From Nageia nagi (Eukaryota; Plantae; Pinophyta), in assembly GCA_050084985.1 (NCBI GenBank), contig JBITNC010000001.1:119288001-119352000 (forward strand): DNA of 64,000 nucleotides, read 5' to 3'. This document shows, one piece after another, positions 27,900 to 41,570 of this stretch. The position numbers were made by a program, and so were the translations under genes. Under the pieces are notes generated by a model. The model had not been told where the DNA came from, ran no database searches, and was given only the letters and a program-made list of their open reading frames with translations. Position 1 is the first letter of the stretch. The number at the start of each line of letters is the position of its first letter.

Positions 27900-30875
27900 C
27901 TAGTAGCTACACTTATCATGCCTACAAAGTTTGTATCATATTCAATCCATTTGTGTGTTACTTGTTTTTTCCTTTGAATGTTTAAAGAAATAACATTAGT
28001 TGGATGTTAAGGAAGTGGATTTTGATAAATTCCTAGATTTTGATTAGGAGTTGTAACAAGATTATCCTCTTCTAGCTTTCCATTGTCTATCAAGTCTTGA
28101 ATTATGTTCTTTAAAATTTGACATTTGTTTGTATCATCATCCTTCTAATGATGGAAATGATAAAACTCTTCTTCCTTATAACATTTACTTTCTTTATTTA
28201 TAGTATTCTCTAGCCTTATGTCAAGCCATGTGATCACCTAATGGTAACATAATTTTTTGCAAAATATCATAAGGGGACTTGGATAGGGGTTTATAGTTCT
28301 TTCTTTGTCTATTTTCCCTTTGATTATTTTGTGTTTATGTTGGTTCATTCTCTTTTATAATGGAGACCTTATTTGCTAGTAATTTCTTATCCATTTAAGT
28401 TTTGCTTTTTGTATAACCTTCACATTTTTTACCTTTTCTTTTTTCATCTTGAATTCTTACTATTTCAATAATGATCATTTGATAAATAACATCTTAAAAG
28501 GTCTTATATTGTTGTATAATTAACATCCTATAAATTGATCTTAGCTAACATTGATTAAATAATTTGACCAACTCTTGTTGAGGTAGAGTGTAAGGCATAC
28601 TTGTTAACACAACTCTCTATCATGAAACAAAATCACTAATGGATTCATATGGGAATTGTTGTAATCTTGTAAGATCAATGATATATTTTTTATCCTTCAC
28701 ATTAAGATAGATTTTTTATCCTTCACATTAATCCTAAAGTGTTATAGAAACAAATTTCCTAACTAAGAATATAATGTAATGCTATGTTTAGGTAAATTGT
28801 TATACCAATCCATGGCTTTTCCAACAAGCATCATAGGAAAAACATGTAGCATTAATGCATCATCATTAGCAATCAAATATCTTGAATACTTAAACCTTCT
28901 TATATGTTCTTTGTGATCATATTTTCCTTTAAAAGGTTAATTTTGGGTATTTCAAACTTATAAGGAATGTCCTTCTTAGGAACACTATGATGTATTGGCT
29001 CGCTAAAAATTATTTCATATGACAACTTCTTCTTATCTTGCATAAGGAGGTTTTCTTCTATTTGTTTTAATCATTTTGCAAGATCGCTATCTTCTTTGGT
29101 TATTCTTGCTAATGGTTGGATCTCATCTTGAATGTAATTTTCATCTTCAAGATTACTTTCTTCTTGGTATCCTTGTGAAGGTTTGTATTGTTATTCATAA
29201 TATCCTTCATCATAAGGTACCATTTGTTATTATGGTTGTTGTGTTTATTGAGGGGATCCAAGAATTTGTGGTTGATGAGGGACTTGATATTCTTATGGCC
29301 TGACCTATGGTTGAGGCTATTGATAAGTAACTTGATATTTTGGTGGCCTAACCTATGGTTGAGGCTACTAAGGAATTCTAGGAGGATGATGTTGATGAGG
29401 TATATGATATTTTAGTTGTATACCTTGTAATTGAGAAGTAATTATTTAACCTTTATCTTGCCTATTCTTTAATATAAATTCTTATTTTCTAGCATGATAA
29501 GGATCTTGATGCACTCCTCACCCTGAGGTGATAGTAATCAAGGTTTAGGGGAATGTACTTTGACCCTAGGGGATGGTGGCCTTATTTAGTTTGAATTGGT
29601 TTACTTACATTTTGACCCATACTAGTTTGACCTTGATATATAGGTTGCTTACCTTTTTGCTGAATATCCATAATATATTTTTATTGTTACACTTAGGGTC
29701 TTACCAAGGTTTGAACTTGTTGAGGCATACCTAAAGTGCATGACACTTGAGGTATATCTTGAAGTTATATTTTTTGAGATGGCATACCTAAAGTGTACTG
29801 CACTTGAGGTAATATTTGAGTTTCCATTTGGGGTTGGACATTTAAAACTTGCATAGAAAATTATGGATTCCACATATATTGAGTTGGAGTTTGATATTAT
29901 TTGGTGAACTTTCTCAATTTTGTTATTTTTTTAGATTGAGTTATAGTTTCATCATACTCTTGTAAATTACTTTGGTGATATTCCCTTGATATACTTGCAT
30001 CTTTTGGAGGTGCTTCAACTTTTTTGTGCATATATGAAGGAATTTCTTATAACCAATGTTGTGATATACTCAACTTAGGTGGGTCTTTATTGAGGTAGAT
30101 TTTCAATTCTTTTCATTTGTAACTATTGTTGAGTCCATGATTCACCTCTTGTCATAGAAGGTATTTCCCTTGGATTTAGTAATTGATAAGGGTTGTAGTG
30201 TACATTGAATCCATGTAAATTTTGTGACACAGGACTTCTTGAGTGTATAGAAATATTATCATTTTCTTCTTTCATTTCTCTAGATATGGTGGAAGGTGAA
30301 TCATCTACTCTTCTTACTTAAATAAGAACTAATTACCCATTAGGATTGTACTTTTTAACATGAGTGAACTTAGGTATAAAAGGCCCTTGTTGTAATATAG
30401 GATCAATTGTATGTATACTCAAAAGAAACTCTATTTCATCCAAATCATTCAAGTTACTTGATGTTAATGATGTGTCTAAGGGTAGTTCATCAACATATAA
30501 TGTGTTTCTTATAAAGAGACACTATGTATATGAAGAGAGGATGGAGGTATTCTTAACTACTTTAAGCATTCCCTAGCCTCTATCAACATAGAATTATATT
30601 CATTCTTTGGATTTGTTAAGTATGCATATGGATTTGGATTTCTATAAAATTTGATAGGTATCCAACTTCTCATTAGGTTCTTCTACTATAGGTTGGAATA
30701 AATATTTAGGATAAATTTCTTGTATTAAAGGTTCAAGCATTTGTTCTTGAGGTGTTTGCATTTGTTTAAGGAATTCTTCTAGATCCAACACTACTTCCTT
30801 CACTCAGGTTGAACATACATTGAGGTACTTATTATTGTTTAGCCTTTTGTGAATGAGTTTGAACCCTTGTTTCAT
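27900..30875 (-). pseudogene. R3 gag with long N-terminal extension
   Basis: Starts ..RVQTHSQKAK, contains HVFPMMLVGKAMDWY at about 28820, a His/Cys knuckle at about 28130-28170 and short in-frame repeats at 29280-29370 and 29720-29810. Confidence 0.8.
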
Positions 30876-31619
30876 TTTACTTTAAATTATACTTAATAAA
30901 TACAAATGAAACAAGGCAACCATATTTTTATTTTTTATGTTTAAATTATACAGGAAAACAAAACATGCACAAACACCTATAGGAACTATCACTTTTTGAT
31001 ATGTTTATCTTTGTTAAGGATTTGAATAAATTTGATTAATATTGCTTAAGTGTACAATATGAATGAATTATTTTTAATTTTTCATAGTTTTACTAACTTT
31101 GTGTTCTAGTCATGTGTTTAACAAGGTAAGGTAGTAATCCTAAAATAATGTCTAAGGCAAAGTTATGAATTTGCACTTAAAGTGGTCCCCTTAGTGCAAT
31201 GGGGCTTGGGGAATGCCATTGAGATCTACATTGGTGATTAAATACAAGGGTATTCCCTTTTTTATAGTCATCCAATGGATAGTTACAACTTGTACCTTAT
31301 GAACCTAGTATTCATCTCTAGGTTTTAGATCTAAGGTTTATGATTTTGATTAGTGGAACTCATGAATATAAGAATTAATGGTTGGTAATTATGTCCAACT
31401 CATTTATGTTCATTTTAAAAGGAAACATGAATATGCATTTAATAAATAAAAGTACATATGATATGCAAAATTGACCCTTCCCAACATACATGTTTATTGA
31501 TTGAGTTTATTTTAATGTGATTAAAAATAATGTTTTACTTTAATGAATCTTGATCTAAGTAACCATGAGATTAATTACCAAATTAGGTGATGTTCATTCA
31601 CAAAGATTAAATGAGATTC

Positions 31620-31960
31620 ATTAGACTCTTCTAGCTATGGAAGTACTTAGTGAGATATATTCCCTCTTCTTTTAGTCACATAAACCTTTGACCTCCTCTC
31701 AGAGTGGTAAGAGTAGACATGTAAAAGTCTTTAAGTGAATGTAAATTTCCTTAAATTTGATTCATTTGCCCCTCTTCAAGTCACATCAACCTTCAACCTC
31801 CTCTTAGAGTTATAAGGGTATAAAAGTAAGAGTATTAATGTGAGATAAGTTTTAAAACCATGTAAGAGTTCATTTAACCCTTTTTAGTAAACTTTTTTGA
31901 TCACTTCAAATCACCATAGGCACAAAAGTAAGAGTATACTTAGTTTAATAAAAGTATTTT
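31620..31960. repeat. Degenerate tandem repeat of about 110 bp in the R3 5' UTR
   Basis: cctctt...agtcacat.aacctt..acctcctct.agagt..taag repeated. Confidence 0.65.
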
Positions 31961-32692
31961 AATGTAATTACACTTACCAAATTTATTAACAGTTTAATGT
32001 GCTATGCTACCTTCAATCTGATTCATTGTCCTTAGGTTCATTTTAATTTTAATGAGAGTTCATTAACCCCTCCTAAGTGTGGAAATATCTTAATATCAAT
32101 TCATTAGCCAACTTAGTGGTATTGTGAGAGTGCAAATTTCATTTACCTCTTCCCTATCAAACCCATTCTAGTCACCTAAGATCGCATAAAAGTACAAAAG
32201 GAGAGCATAAGTAGATAGGATAAGGGATGTCTTAAATGTGAGACAATGATCCCAATCCAACAAAAAGGTAAAATAAGATGAGTTATACCTTCAAAAATAA
32301 GATTAAACTAAATGCATTCTTACATTTTATTCATCCCATCCCTACATACACTCTAAGAAGAGAGATCACAAACAAAAGGTTTTTCCCATATTTAAGTTTA
32401 GGTGCCTACATTGTGCTTGTTGTATTAATGAAAGTTGGGAATTCACCTTATATCTGAATCATTGATGTTCTTTATGAATCTTTGGAATTTTAGGTATGAT
32501 CATTGATGTTTGAAGTCAAATAATTGATGACTCTATAAATGATCTGTAAAAACATAGAATAATGAAAATAAGATTAGTATGCTAGAAACCATAAGATACA
32601 AAGAGACACCACACTATAATAACCTAGGAGAAACCCCATGTGTATAATATTTGATATCATTTGTATGACAGGCTATCCTTTTAGTTCCAAAA

Positions 32693-33594
32693 TGTTATCC
32701 CAAAAAGCAACCATTAGCAAATAAGGTAAAAACACATTTAATATCAATGTATGTTTTATTGCTTTCTAAGGTAACCTTAATTTTACAATGTGGATCCCTA
32801 GATTTTATGCCTTATTAGGAAGGGATTTTGATACAATCTAGGTTTTTAGCCTCCTTAGGATTTATAGAGTCACTATAAATCCATTTACATTACTAGCATT
32901 TTCCTTCAATCACTAGCATCTGATGTGAATCATTAGCATTTTTGTACTTAATTTGTATGGAAGGATTTTTGTCTCTCTTTCTCTTTTGTGAAAGCTCTCT
33001 TATGGAATTTGGATGGATCATGGTTTTATAAACTTTGGTTGCTAAGAGATTCAATACCTATGGAATTTATGCACATGCCAAAATAACACATCAAACATAC
33101 CTATTCACACAAAAATATTTAATATGTACTAAATAGGATATAACATTCATAAAATGAAACAATCTCACAATAAGTCCTAGAAAGATTTTGATAGCATAAT
33201 TTTACTTCAAAAAGGGGTCCCTTTTCTCAAGGTATGAGGATGTATTTATAGATTCTTGAGTTTGTTTTATTTTTCAATTTTAGAGCTTAAAATTTGGGTT
33301 CAAAAATGATCCAAAATCCTAGATAGTTTTCATCATCATTTTCATAGTTGTAGGATAGAGTTCAAGATGTGTGTCATCCATATTTTGAGTTATGGATGAA
33401 CATGAGCTCATAACTTATCTTGAATTTGCTCAATACAAAATATTTTATGATTGGGTATTAGATGCTAGGGACTAAGATGAATCACTGATGACCCAATCCA
33501 ATCATCAAAGATTATGATTTTCTATAGTTTGTGCTAGATATTTTAGTCCCTTTTTGATCAAATTTCAAATGAGGGTAATTTTTAGGTGTCTACA
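32693..33594 (-). repeat. R3 5' LTR
   Basis: Minus strand reads tgtagacacc...gataaca, then a decayed PBS ttttggaac. Confidence 0.93.
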
Positions 33595-33599
33595 CATAT

Positions 33600-36500
33600 A
33601 TACTAAAATGAAATGAACAACTATTAGCATAAATGGGTTTGATAATATTGAAAATGAATTTATTGGATATGTATTTATGCTTATGAAGTAGATGGTAAAC
33701 TAGTTGATCAAAAAGTATATATTTTTCAAGTAAAATTATCATATAATTTATTTCTTGGTAGACCATGGATCCATAATATTAGGGTTTTTACTTCCACATT
33801 ACATTGATCTAATAAATTTATGCATAAAGGCAACCATGTTACTATTCATGTAGAAGATAATCCTATAGATATGTGTTCAAGTAGTTGAAAGATTTTGGAT
33901 TCCTCATAATTTAGTTGAAAGTGAGAAAGATACACCAACACCTATCATAACTATCACCTCACAAGAGGTAAGCATGGGTGCATATAGAATCCCCAAGATA
34001 GACATATGGAAGAATTTTAGAGACTTGGACAACCCCTTCCATTTTCACCTAAAGGAGACTAAAGTTGACCATGGATTCTTTATTACTGAGCAAAATAATG
34101 ATCCCATTGAAGATGCTAGCATAATCTACCAAGGGCATGATGAAAAAAGTGCATCCAATAGTGAAGATACAACTCGTTCTATAAGTGCATCCAATAGTGA
34201 AGATACAACTCTCGATTCTACTTTTTCTAATGAATATATGTATAAATATTAGTATAGTGGAAAAGGATTAGGAAAGAATGAGCAAGGAATAATAGAGCCC
34301 ATTCCAAATGGAGGTCACCATAAGAGAACAACTAGTGTTAGATTTGATGATTCTACACTTAGTTCATCTTCAATGGTTCCATTAGTTCAACATGTGGATA
34401 ATAGTGATTAGGGCTACACCAAATATATATATGATGAGTGGCTATATTATGGAATGATACATGATCCAACATAGGAATTATAGGCTTATTATATACATCC
34501 ATTCATACCTCCTACAACTTTGGTACAAGTGGATATTTTCAAAAATGATGATGCCATCCTTAAGAAGTTGGGGACATAGAGTGAGTTTCCCAAATCTAAT
34601 GAAAAGAGGTTCATAGCATGGTTCTTGAGACATCAAGCATATTTTTGTAAAGAGGTTTGTATGGATGATGTAGACATTGCACATTAGAACCTCACCCTTC
34701 CTTTTATTTCTATTTATTTCCTACTCATTCTTATTTGTTTTCATTCATATTTTATTCATTTTTTATCAAATAAATCTTATGTCTAGGTAATCTTTCTTTC
34801 ATATTTAATCTTTCCATCCCTTAATTGGATGCAAATGCTAAATTTATAGCACTACCACTATATTATTCCCCTCTCTTATGGTTGAGTTTAGACGAAGGAT
34901 TTGGGGCATTACCTATGCCTCCCCAACTCAATGATGAAATATCCTATATTAGTGAAGAAACAATAGAAGTCAATATTGGTACCCAAGTGGATCCATAGTT
35001 GATCAAAATATGATCTTGGTTAACCTTGGAAGAATAGGAAAGGTACCACCTATGGTTAAAAGATTTTTCTAATATATTTTCTTAGTCTTATTCTAATATG
35101 CCTGGTATTGATCTTGATTGCATCACTCATAGCCTAGTTATCAATGAAGATGTCAAACTTGTTCAACAAAGTCCTAGAAAAATGCATCCTAAGATATCCC
35201 TTGATTTTAAAAAGAAATTTGAGAAATATCTTACTACTTGTTTCATTGTCCCCATTGATTATCTTCATGGATATCTCACATTGTTTTGACAACTAAGCCT
35301 AATGGTGAAATAAGATATTGTATAGATTTTAGAGATATCAACAAGACATACCCAAAAGATGCTTTCCCTCTGCCTAACATTTATATGATTATAGATTCAA
35401 TATTAGGCCATGAGGTTTTATATTTCATGGATGGATTTTTTGTATACAACCATATTAGGATCAATAATAAAAACTAACATAAGATAACTTTTATTACTCC
35501 TTGGAGAACATTTTATTGGGTGGTCATGCATTTTGGTCTAAAGAATGTAGGTAAAACGTATCAGAGAGCCATGGTATGTTTCATGATATGATCCATGAAA
35601 GTGTTGAGGTTTATGTTGATTACATATTATCAAAATACATAACCAAATATGATAATATTTTATATTTTAATAAATTTTTCCAAAGAATGAGAGAGTACAA
35701 GTTTAAATTAAAACCTCAAAAGTGTGCACTTATAGTTTCATAAGGTAAATTTCTAAGGTTCATTGTTTCAAGAAGAGGTATAGAGGTGGACCCCAAGAAA
35801 TTTTTAGCTATTATTGATTAGAATTCTCCTAATAATTTTAAGGTATTAAGAAGTATTCAAGAAAAATTTTAAGCAATCAAAAGATTCATTTCTTAGCTAG
35901 TAGATATGGCTTCCCTATTTTCTTATTTGCTAAAGAAAGGTGAGAAGTTTATCTAGGTTGAAAAGTGTCAAAAAGCTTTAAATAACATTAAAAGGTATCT
36001 TACTAATTCTCTAGTATTATGCCCCTATAATTTATAAAATATTTTTTTAATTTATGTTTTAGCAACATTAAGAGCAATGCTAGCTCACAAGGATGATAAC
36101 AATAAGGAAAGAGTAATCTATTATGTTAACAAGACTTTACTTGACTATGAGATAAGGTATAATTTAATTGAAAATATGTGTTTTACTATACTCTTATCAA
36201 ATGAAAAATTAAGACATTACATGCTTATAAATATAACATATATCATAGCTTAAGAAGATCCTCTTAGATATCTCATGTCTAAGCCCTACCTATCTACAAA
36301 GGTTGCAAAGTGGGTAATGTTGCTTCAAGAATTTAATTTGTATTTATCACTTAGAATTAAAAAAAGGGATAGGATATAGTATATTTCATTGCTAATCACC
36401 CATGAAATAAAGTATCCAACATGCAATAATAGTTTCCAAATGAAGTGGGCAACCATAACACCCTTGAATAGTGCACTATCACTCTATTCTTGAGCCTTAG

Positions 36501-36885
36501 TATCCATAAGTTTTTATTAGTTTCATGGAAAATTATGAATGGACCATGTTCTTGGATGGTTTGAGATGCATTCAAAAAGTAGGGGTAGGAATTGTTCTTA
36601 TCAACCCTCATGGTGATGTTATCCCTATATCTTATCATTTAAGTTTTGATTCCACTAACAATATAGTAGAATATGAAGCCCTAATTCTAGGTTTAAAGGT
36701 TGTAATACTTCTAAAAGTAAAAAGGATCAAAATTATTGGTGATTCTCAATTCATTTTGAAGTAAGTGTCTAGAATATACAACACCAAATATCTCAAGTTA
36801 CAACCATACAAGGAAATGGTAGAGAATATCCATGTATACTTCAATGAGTATAAAATTGATAAGATTCTAAGATACAACAACATGT
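33600..36885 (+). pseudogene. R2 pol, first part: protease end, G-patch, RT, RNase H, aRH (cut by S2)
   Basis: YNLFLGRPWIH at about 33745, GKGLGKNEQGIIEP at about 34260, RYCIDFRDINKTYPKDAFPLP, VYVDY at about 35610, aRH WTMFLDG..NNIVEYEALILGL..GDSQ. Confidence 0.92.
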
Positions 36886-36910
36886 GGGTAAGTGCAAGAA
36901 GATGGATCCA
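36886..36910 (+). repeat. S2 left TIR
   Basis: Inverted match to 48134-48158. Confidence 0.92.
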
Positions 36911-38109
36911 AAAAATGGCAAAAAAGTGGATTCATTTTCCATAATTTTTAGGTTTCATCATAATTGATCTCAAATTTTTAATCCCTTAGAGATAGAATCT
37001 TGAAAAATATCACTAGCTAAAAATAAAGCTCTTAGAGTGTAGTTTCCAAATATGTAATTTATTACAATACCTAGTTGATAGAAATTGATTTATGATAGGT
37101 ACTTCTAAAAGCTATTATTTAAAATGTGCCATTTTATTAGCATACCATGGTCTTCTATGACAAGCATATTTTGACCTAAAACATAATCTTTTTAAAATCA
37201 TTTTGGAAAAAGATACCTAACACATTGAATATTATGCAAGATATTTTTTCATATTTTTCATGAATATTTTTTTAATTAATTTTGTACTAGTTGTAATTAT
37301 TATTTCAAAAAGTACCAATCTACAGCACACATAATTTGACCTAAACTTATCCTTTTTTAGTTTTTGTTTTTTAATTTAATAGAGAATTATTTGTAGATTG
37401 TTGACATATAATTTTTATTTCTTAATTCTTCCAAAATAAAAAAGTTTTTAAAATAAGTCATAAAACCTAATTTTTCAAGTTTAAAGACTAGTTTCATTGA
37501 AAATTACTTTATAAATAGGAAACATAATCAAATTATTAAAAAACTTATATATTTGTAATTTGTACTACTTGGCCTATAATGGGTTTTAATTTCATGAAAA
37601 AACACCTCAAATCACTAGATCTAACATTTGTCAAAAGTCTTTATTTTTCCTTGTCACTACCATGAACAAGAAGGTGCAAGTCCAAGGCTAGTACTTGGTC
37701 CACCAAGCCTTTTCAAATAACAAAATTTTATTCCATAACAAAATTACATTATATTTTTTTATTCAAAATAATGAAATTTTGTTACAAATGAAATTATGTT
37801 ATAAATAAAATTGTGTTATAGATACAATTTCATTATATTTGTACTTGTTATTATCAATAGTACTTTGTACAATACTCTATCTAAAATTTGCATCATTCCT
37901 CCCATACCCTACATCACCAATATCTTTGAAAGTGATATTTTTACATTTTTCTAATGCAAAATTATTGAGGATAAGTTCTTTAGAATCCATTTTTGAATCT
38001 CTTATCATAGGTGGTAACTTTGCAACATTTTTGAAGGTGAAATATGAATATTTGATGGTGAAAGAAAGTGTTTTCAATCTTTTATTTTGAAGAAATTATT
38101 GACTAATCA

Positions 38110-40120
38110 CATGGGTTCAAAACATCATCAAACAAAGAGAGCAAGGATGAATTTGAGACCTAAAGAAATTCAAGTAAATAAAGAAAAGGAGGCAAAAAGA
38201 TAAAGTGATAGATATGCAAAGATTAAAACATCTACCTTAATTGCAATTGTTTAGGAGAATAATGAGGAGAATGTAATTGAAGATATGAATATGGATGATG
38301 CAAGTGTGGAACATGCAAATATTATATATGCTTTAAATCCTAGAAGTAACTCTTCAAATACAACATTGAATGAAGCTCTAATTCCAACCACATATTCAAA
38401 TCCACTAGTGAATGAAGCTTTAATTTTGATAACTATGAATATGAATCTAGGTATACCTTCAAAACCTCCTTTGAATGACATGTGAAATGTGGATATTCAA
38501 TTTAATTTATATATGCCTTTTAACCCTTCTTTTGATAATGTAGATGATATTTATTCTAATCATGAGGAAAATGAAATAGTAAATGATATTAAAAATCATA
38601 GTTTTAATAATTATTTGGACACTATTTTTTTTTTAATTGAAATCAATGGATTAGATAATGTCCCTGGTAATAAATCTTGGAGATACATATGAAGATATGC
38701 AAATATGGTATATGATCAATTTTTCTTTAAGAAAATATTAGTTTTTCAATGTCAATTCCTATTGTAATTAATTATATGGTGAAAATGAGAAAGGTAGTCA
38801 AAACTTTAGGCATTTGTGTGAAGAAGGATGAACCCCTTAAACAAGTTATATCCACTATTACTAGTGCCACTGACTCTACAGGAAAGAAGAGTCAATCTAA
38901 AGATAAGAATGGGGAACATTGAGCTATAATAGTAACTTTAGTTTATCCATTTCTACATAAGTGATAACTAATTACATTCACTAAAGTTTATCCAATATTT
39001 GTTCAAGGTATTTTATGATAATTTGAAATAAAGGGAAATTCAAATGGCACAACATTTAATTTGGCTAGATAATTGTATGGGATAGTTTAAAAATGCATAA
39101 GTATTTTATTGGCCAAGTAGGGCTCACAAAGAGAATAATATCCAACATATGTGGAGTTTTTTTGAAGTTGTACATGGTAAAGGAGAACATGATGGAGCTA
39201 GTGCATGCATTAAAAGAGCTCTTACTAGATAGCAACTAAAATTTGAAGAGGCAACCAAATTTAGAGATACATATACAATTTTGGATTGGTGTAATATAAA
39301 ACTATCTAAAGGATCAAGTTCAAATTCTACAATTCAATGATTTTTTTGGTTAGTTGAGGAAGATAATATTCTAAGTCATCATGATTGTGAGACAATCAAT
39401 GGATCAGCAAAGTGGCATTTATTTAGGAGTTCAAAAGTAAGCACATGGACTTTATGGACAAGAAATTTGCATGTTTTTGTTATTTTTATATTGTAATGAT
39501 TGGGAATCATGTACAAATAAAGAATGGGTTGAGGAATGGAAACAAAGATATTTGACACCTATATAATCAAATGATCAATATGAAAAGAGAATTGAAGATG
39601 AGAATCAAGTTTTTGCATCAAATGACTATGATCATGTTTTAGATATTGTACAAGAAGGTAATTTAATTTGTTATATTTATATGAATGCATAATTATGTAT
39701 ATATGTTATACTTTATTGATACAAATTTTAACTTCAAGATATGTGTATGCTATTGTGGCACCTAAGGGAAATGTAGAGGTAATAGAGTATTGGTTAGCTC
39801 AATGTGTTCAAACAAAACATAAGTTAACTCATACTTGAGTTGATGATGATGGTTTTGAGTATCTGATAGGTTCTATGGTGGCTATTGGCACATGGCTATG
39901 ATCATATATCATATGACAAAATGGTTTTCCTACATATGAAGATTATCAAATAGGTAAGAAGATTATACACTACTCACACTTATACTAGAAAAATAAAATA
40001 AAACTTGATAGATTTTGTGGGAGACCTCATAATAAATTGTTGTGAAAAACTTTGATGGAGGAACATGAAAAAATTATGGATGCATTGCAAAAAAGAGAGG
40101 ATGAAATGGTACAATAAAAT
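38110..40120 (+). pseudogene. Sola2-like transposase, spliced, internally deleted and decayed
   Basis: One frame reads HLIWLDNCMG*FKNA...HMWSFFEVVHGKGEHDGASACIKRAL (D at 39068 and 39191), then ACFC..DWESCTNKEWV. GT-AG intron at about 39658-39739. The first catalytic motif was not found. Confidence 0.75.
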
Positions 40121-40159
40121 AAAAAATATAGGTACTTATTTATAACTTAATATTCTTAT

Positions 40160-40222
40160 CCCTAACCCCTAATCCCTAAACCCTAATCTCTAACCCCTAA
40201 TACCTAATCCCTAATCCCTAAT
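40160..40222 (+). repeat. Degenerate plant telomere-type heptamer array (CCCTAAA variants, 9 units)
   Basis: ccctaac ccctaat ccctaaa ccctaat ctctaac ccctaat acctaat ccctaat ccctaat, followed by a C-rich pyrimidine tract to 40311. Confidence 0.85.
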
Positions 40223-40312
40223 ATCCAACCCCTTTCCTCCTTCTCTTCTCCCTCCTCTTCTTCCCCTCCCCTTATTCCCTTCTCCCCTTATCCTCCCATC
40301 CCCTCACCCTCA

Positions 40313-40385
40313 ACTATATTAGCTCAGCTAGAAGAGCATGTGGATTTTAACCATGTGGTAGTGGGTTTGATTCCCATATATAGCA
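40313..40385 (+). pseudogene. tRNA-Lys(UUU) pseudogene
   Basis: 73 nt actatattagctcagctagaagagcatgtggattttaaccatgtggtagtgggtttgattcccatatatagca, colinear with plant tRNA-Lys(UUU) as recalled. A box tagctcag, anticodon stem gtgg/ccat, T arm ggtttgattccc. Differences are mostly C>T and G>A. Confidence 0.8.
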
Positions 40386-41409
40386 TGTACCTTCAGAATT
40401 AAATGACCTTATGTACATATAAACTTCTATCCTTAGGTAAGTTGATAAGGAAAAATAACGACTCAAATTGAACCAATCATTCTAAGATGAATGCACTTTG
40501 AATTTGATTAACAATAAACTTTTTCAACATTGTTAATGTTGTCTTCTTTTTTCATTATTTTGTCCTTAATTCTATCCTTATTCTCTTCCTTATTAGTTCT
40601 TAATTTTTTTTTGTCTTCTATTATCGTTATTAGTTCAAATTTGAGAATACAAAATTGGTGAATCAATCTAAGGATTATATAATAATCATCATTGAAGTAA
40701 CTACAGAAATATCATATTTCCAAATTACTTAAATATATCTACATTTTCCTCTCCTATTTTTGTTTCCTATAAGATTTCATTTGATTTGTGGTATTAATTA
40801 TTCTCAATATATATTCATTTGTCATTTAGTCATCTTATACTCTAGAATAGGATCTTCATCATCTAGATTTATGAATATTTTCTTCCTATAATCCTCTTAA
40901 TATTAGGGAGAAATGTATCATGTAACATTAGGGAGGAATATATCATCCTCTTAACTATTTGGGTTCCTTCCTTTTTCTCTAACTCAATTTCTAAGATTCA
41001 TAGTTCTTAGTTAAATAATTTGTGTTACTATTTTTTTAATATCTAAATCTAAAATTTATGTTATGAGGTTTTTAGTAGGAGGCCTTGAAGAGGAAGTATT
41101 TTGTTAAATAATTTTTGTTGGGAGGTTTAAAATTCTTGTTCAAGGAAACCTTCTTTTTAATTCATTAAGGGGGTCATTCAATTTTTTGGACAAAATCAAC
41201 CTCTTGGAAGGAAAGTAGGAATTTTACCCCTTAGGGTTCTATTTCTAGGTGTGAACATTTATAAATATTACTAGTAGGAATTTCTAGATTTGTAAGGGTT
41301 ATCTCCTACTTTCAACTCTTATAGGTGTCACTATCTTGAGGTCCTTTTGGTCAACCTATTTGCAGAGTTAGTTTATACCTTGAACTTTCAATTTAATGAG
41401 TGTAAATTT

Positions 41410-41570
41410 TCAACTTACCATACAACATATAGTACCTTCAAGATATAAAATATTGGAATATTTGATAAACTTATTAATATATTATTAATGTATTCCAAAA
41501 CCTAACTTAGTAAGAAATCTAATGTGTAAAGGTAATCCAAGATACTTGATTATTGATTCATATAATTATC
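41410..41570 (-). pseudogene. L1-type LINE ORF2 fragment
   Basis: IKYLGLPLH..FWNTLI..LSNIPIFY, the post-RT motif set of plant L1 elements. Confidence 0.5.

Larger units (their letters stand above)
14514..33594 (-). mobile_element. R3: full-length Ogre/Tat-type LTR retrotransposon (19.1 kb) inserted in the R2 protease
   Basis: LTRs at 14514-15416 and 32693-33594, perfect TSD CATAT (14509-14513 / 33595-33599), PPT aaaaaggggcaaaa on the minus strand next to 15416, gag-pol on the minus strand with an extra RNase H. Confidence 0.95.

Noticed and set aside
40160-40222. True telomere or chromosome fusion point
   Set aside because: Only 63 bp, in a single orientation and inside a TIR-bounded element.
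40313-40385. Functional tRNA-Lys gene, or a self-supplied primer for the nearby Tat elements
   Set aside because: The D loop GG and T loop TTCG are mutated and there is no adjacent poly-T terminator. The decayed PBS sequences of R1-R3 do not clearly match the tRNA-Lys 3' end.
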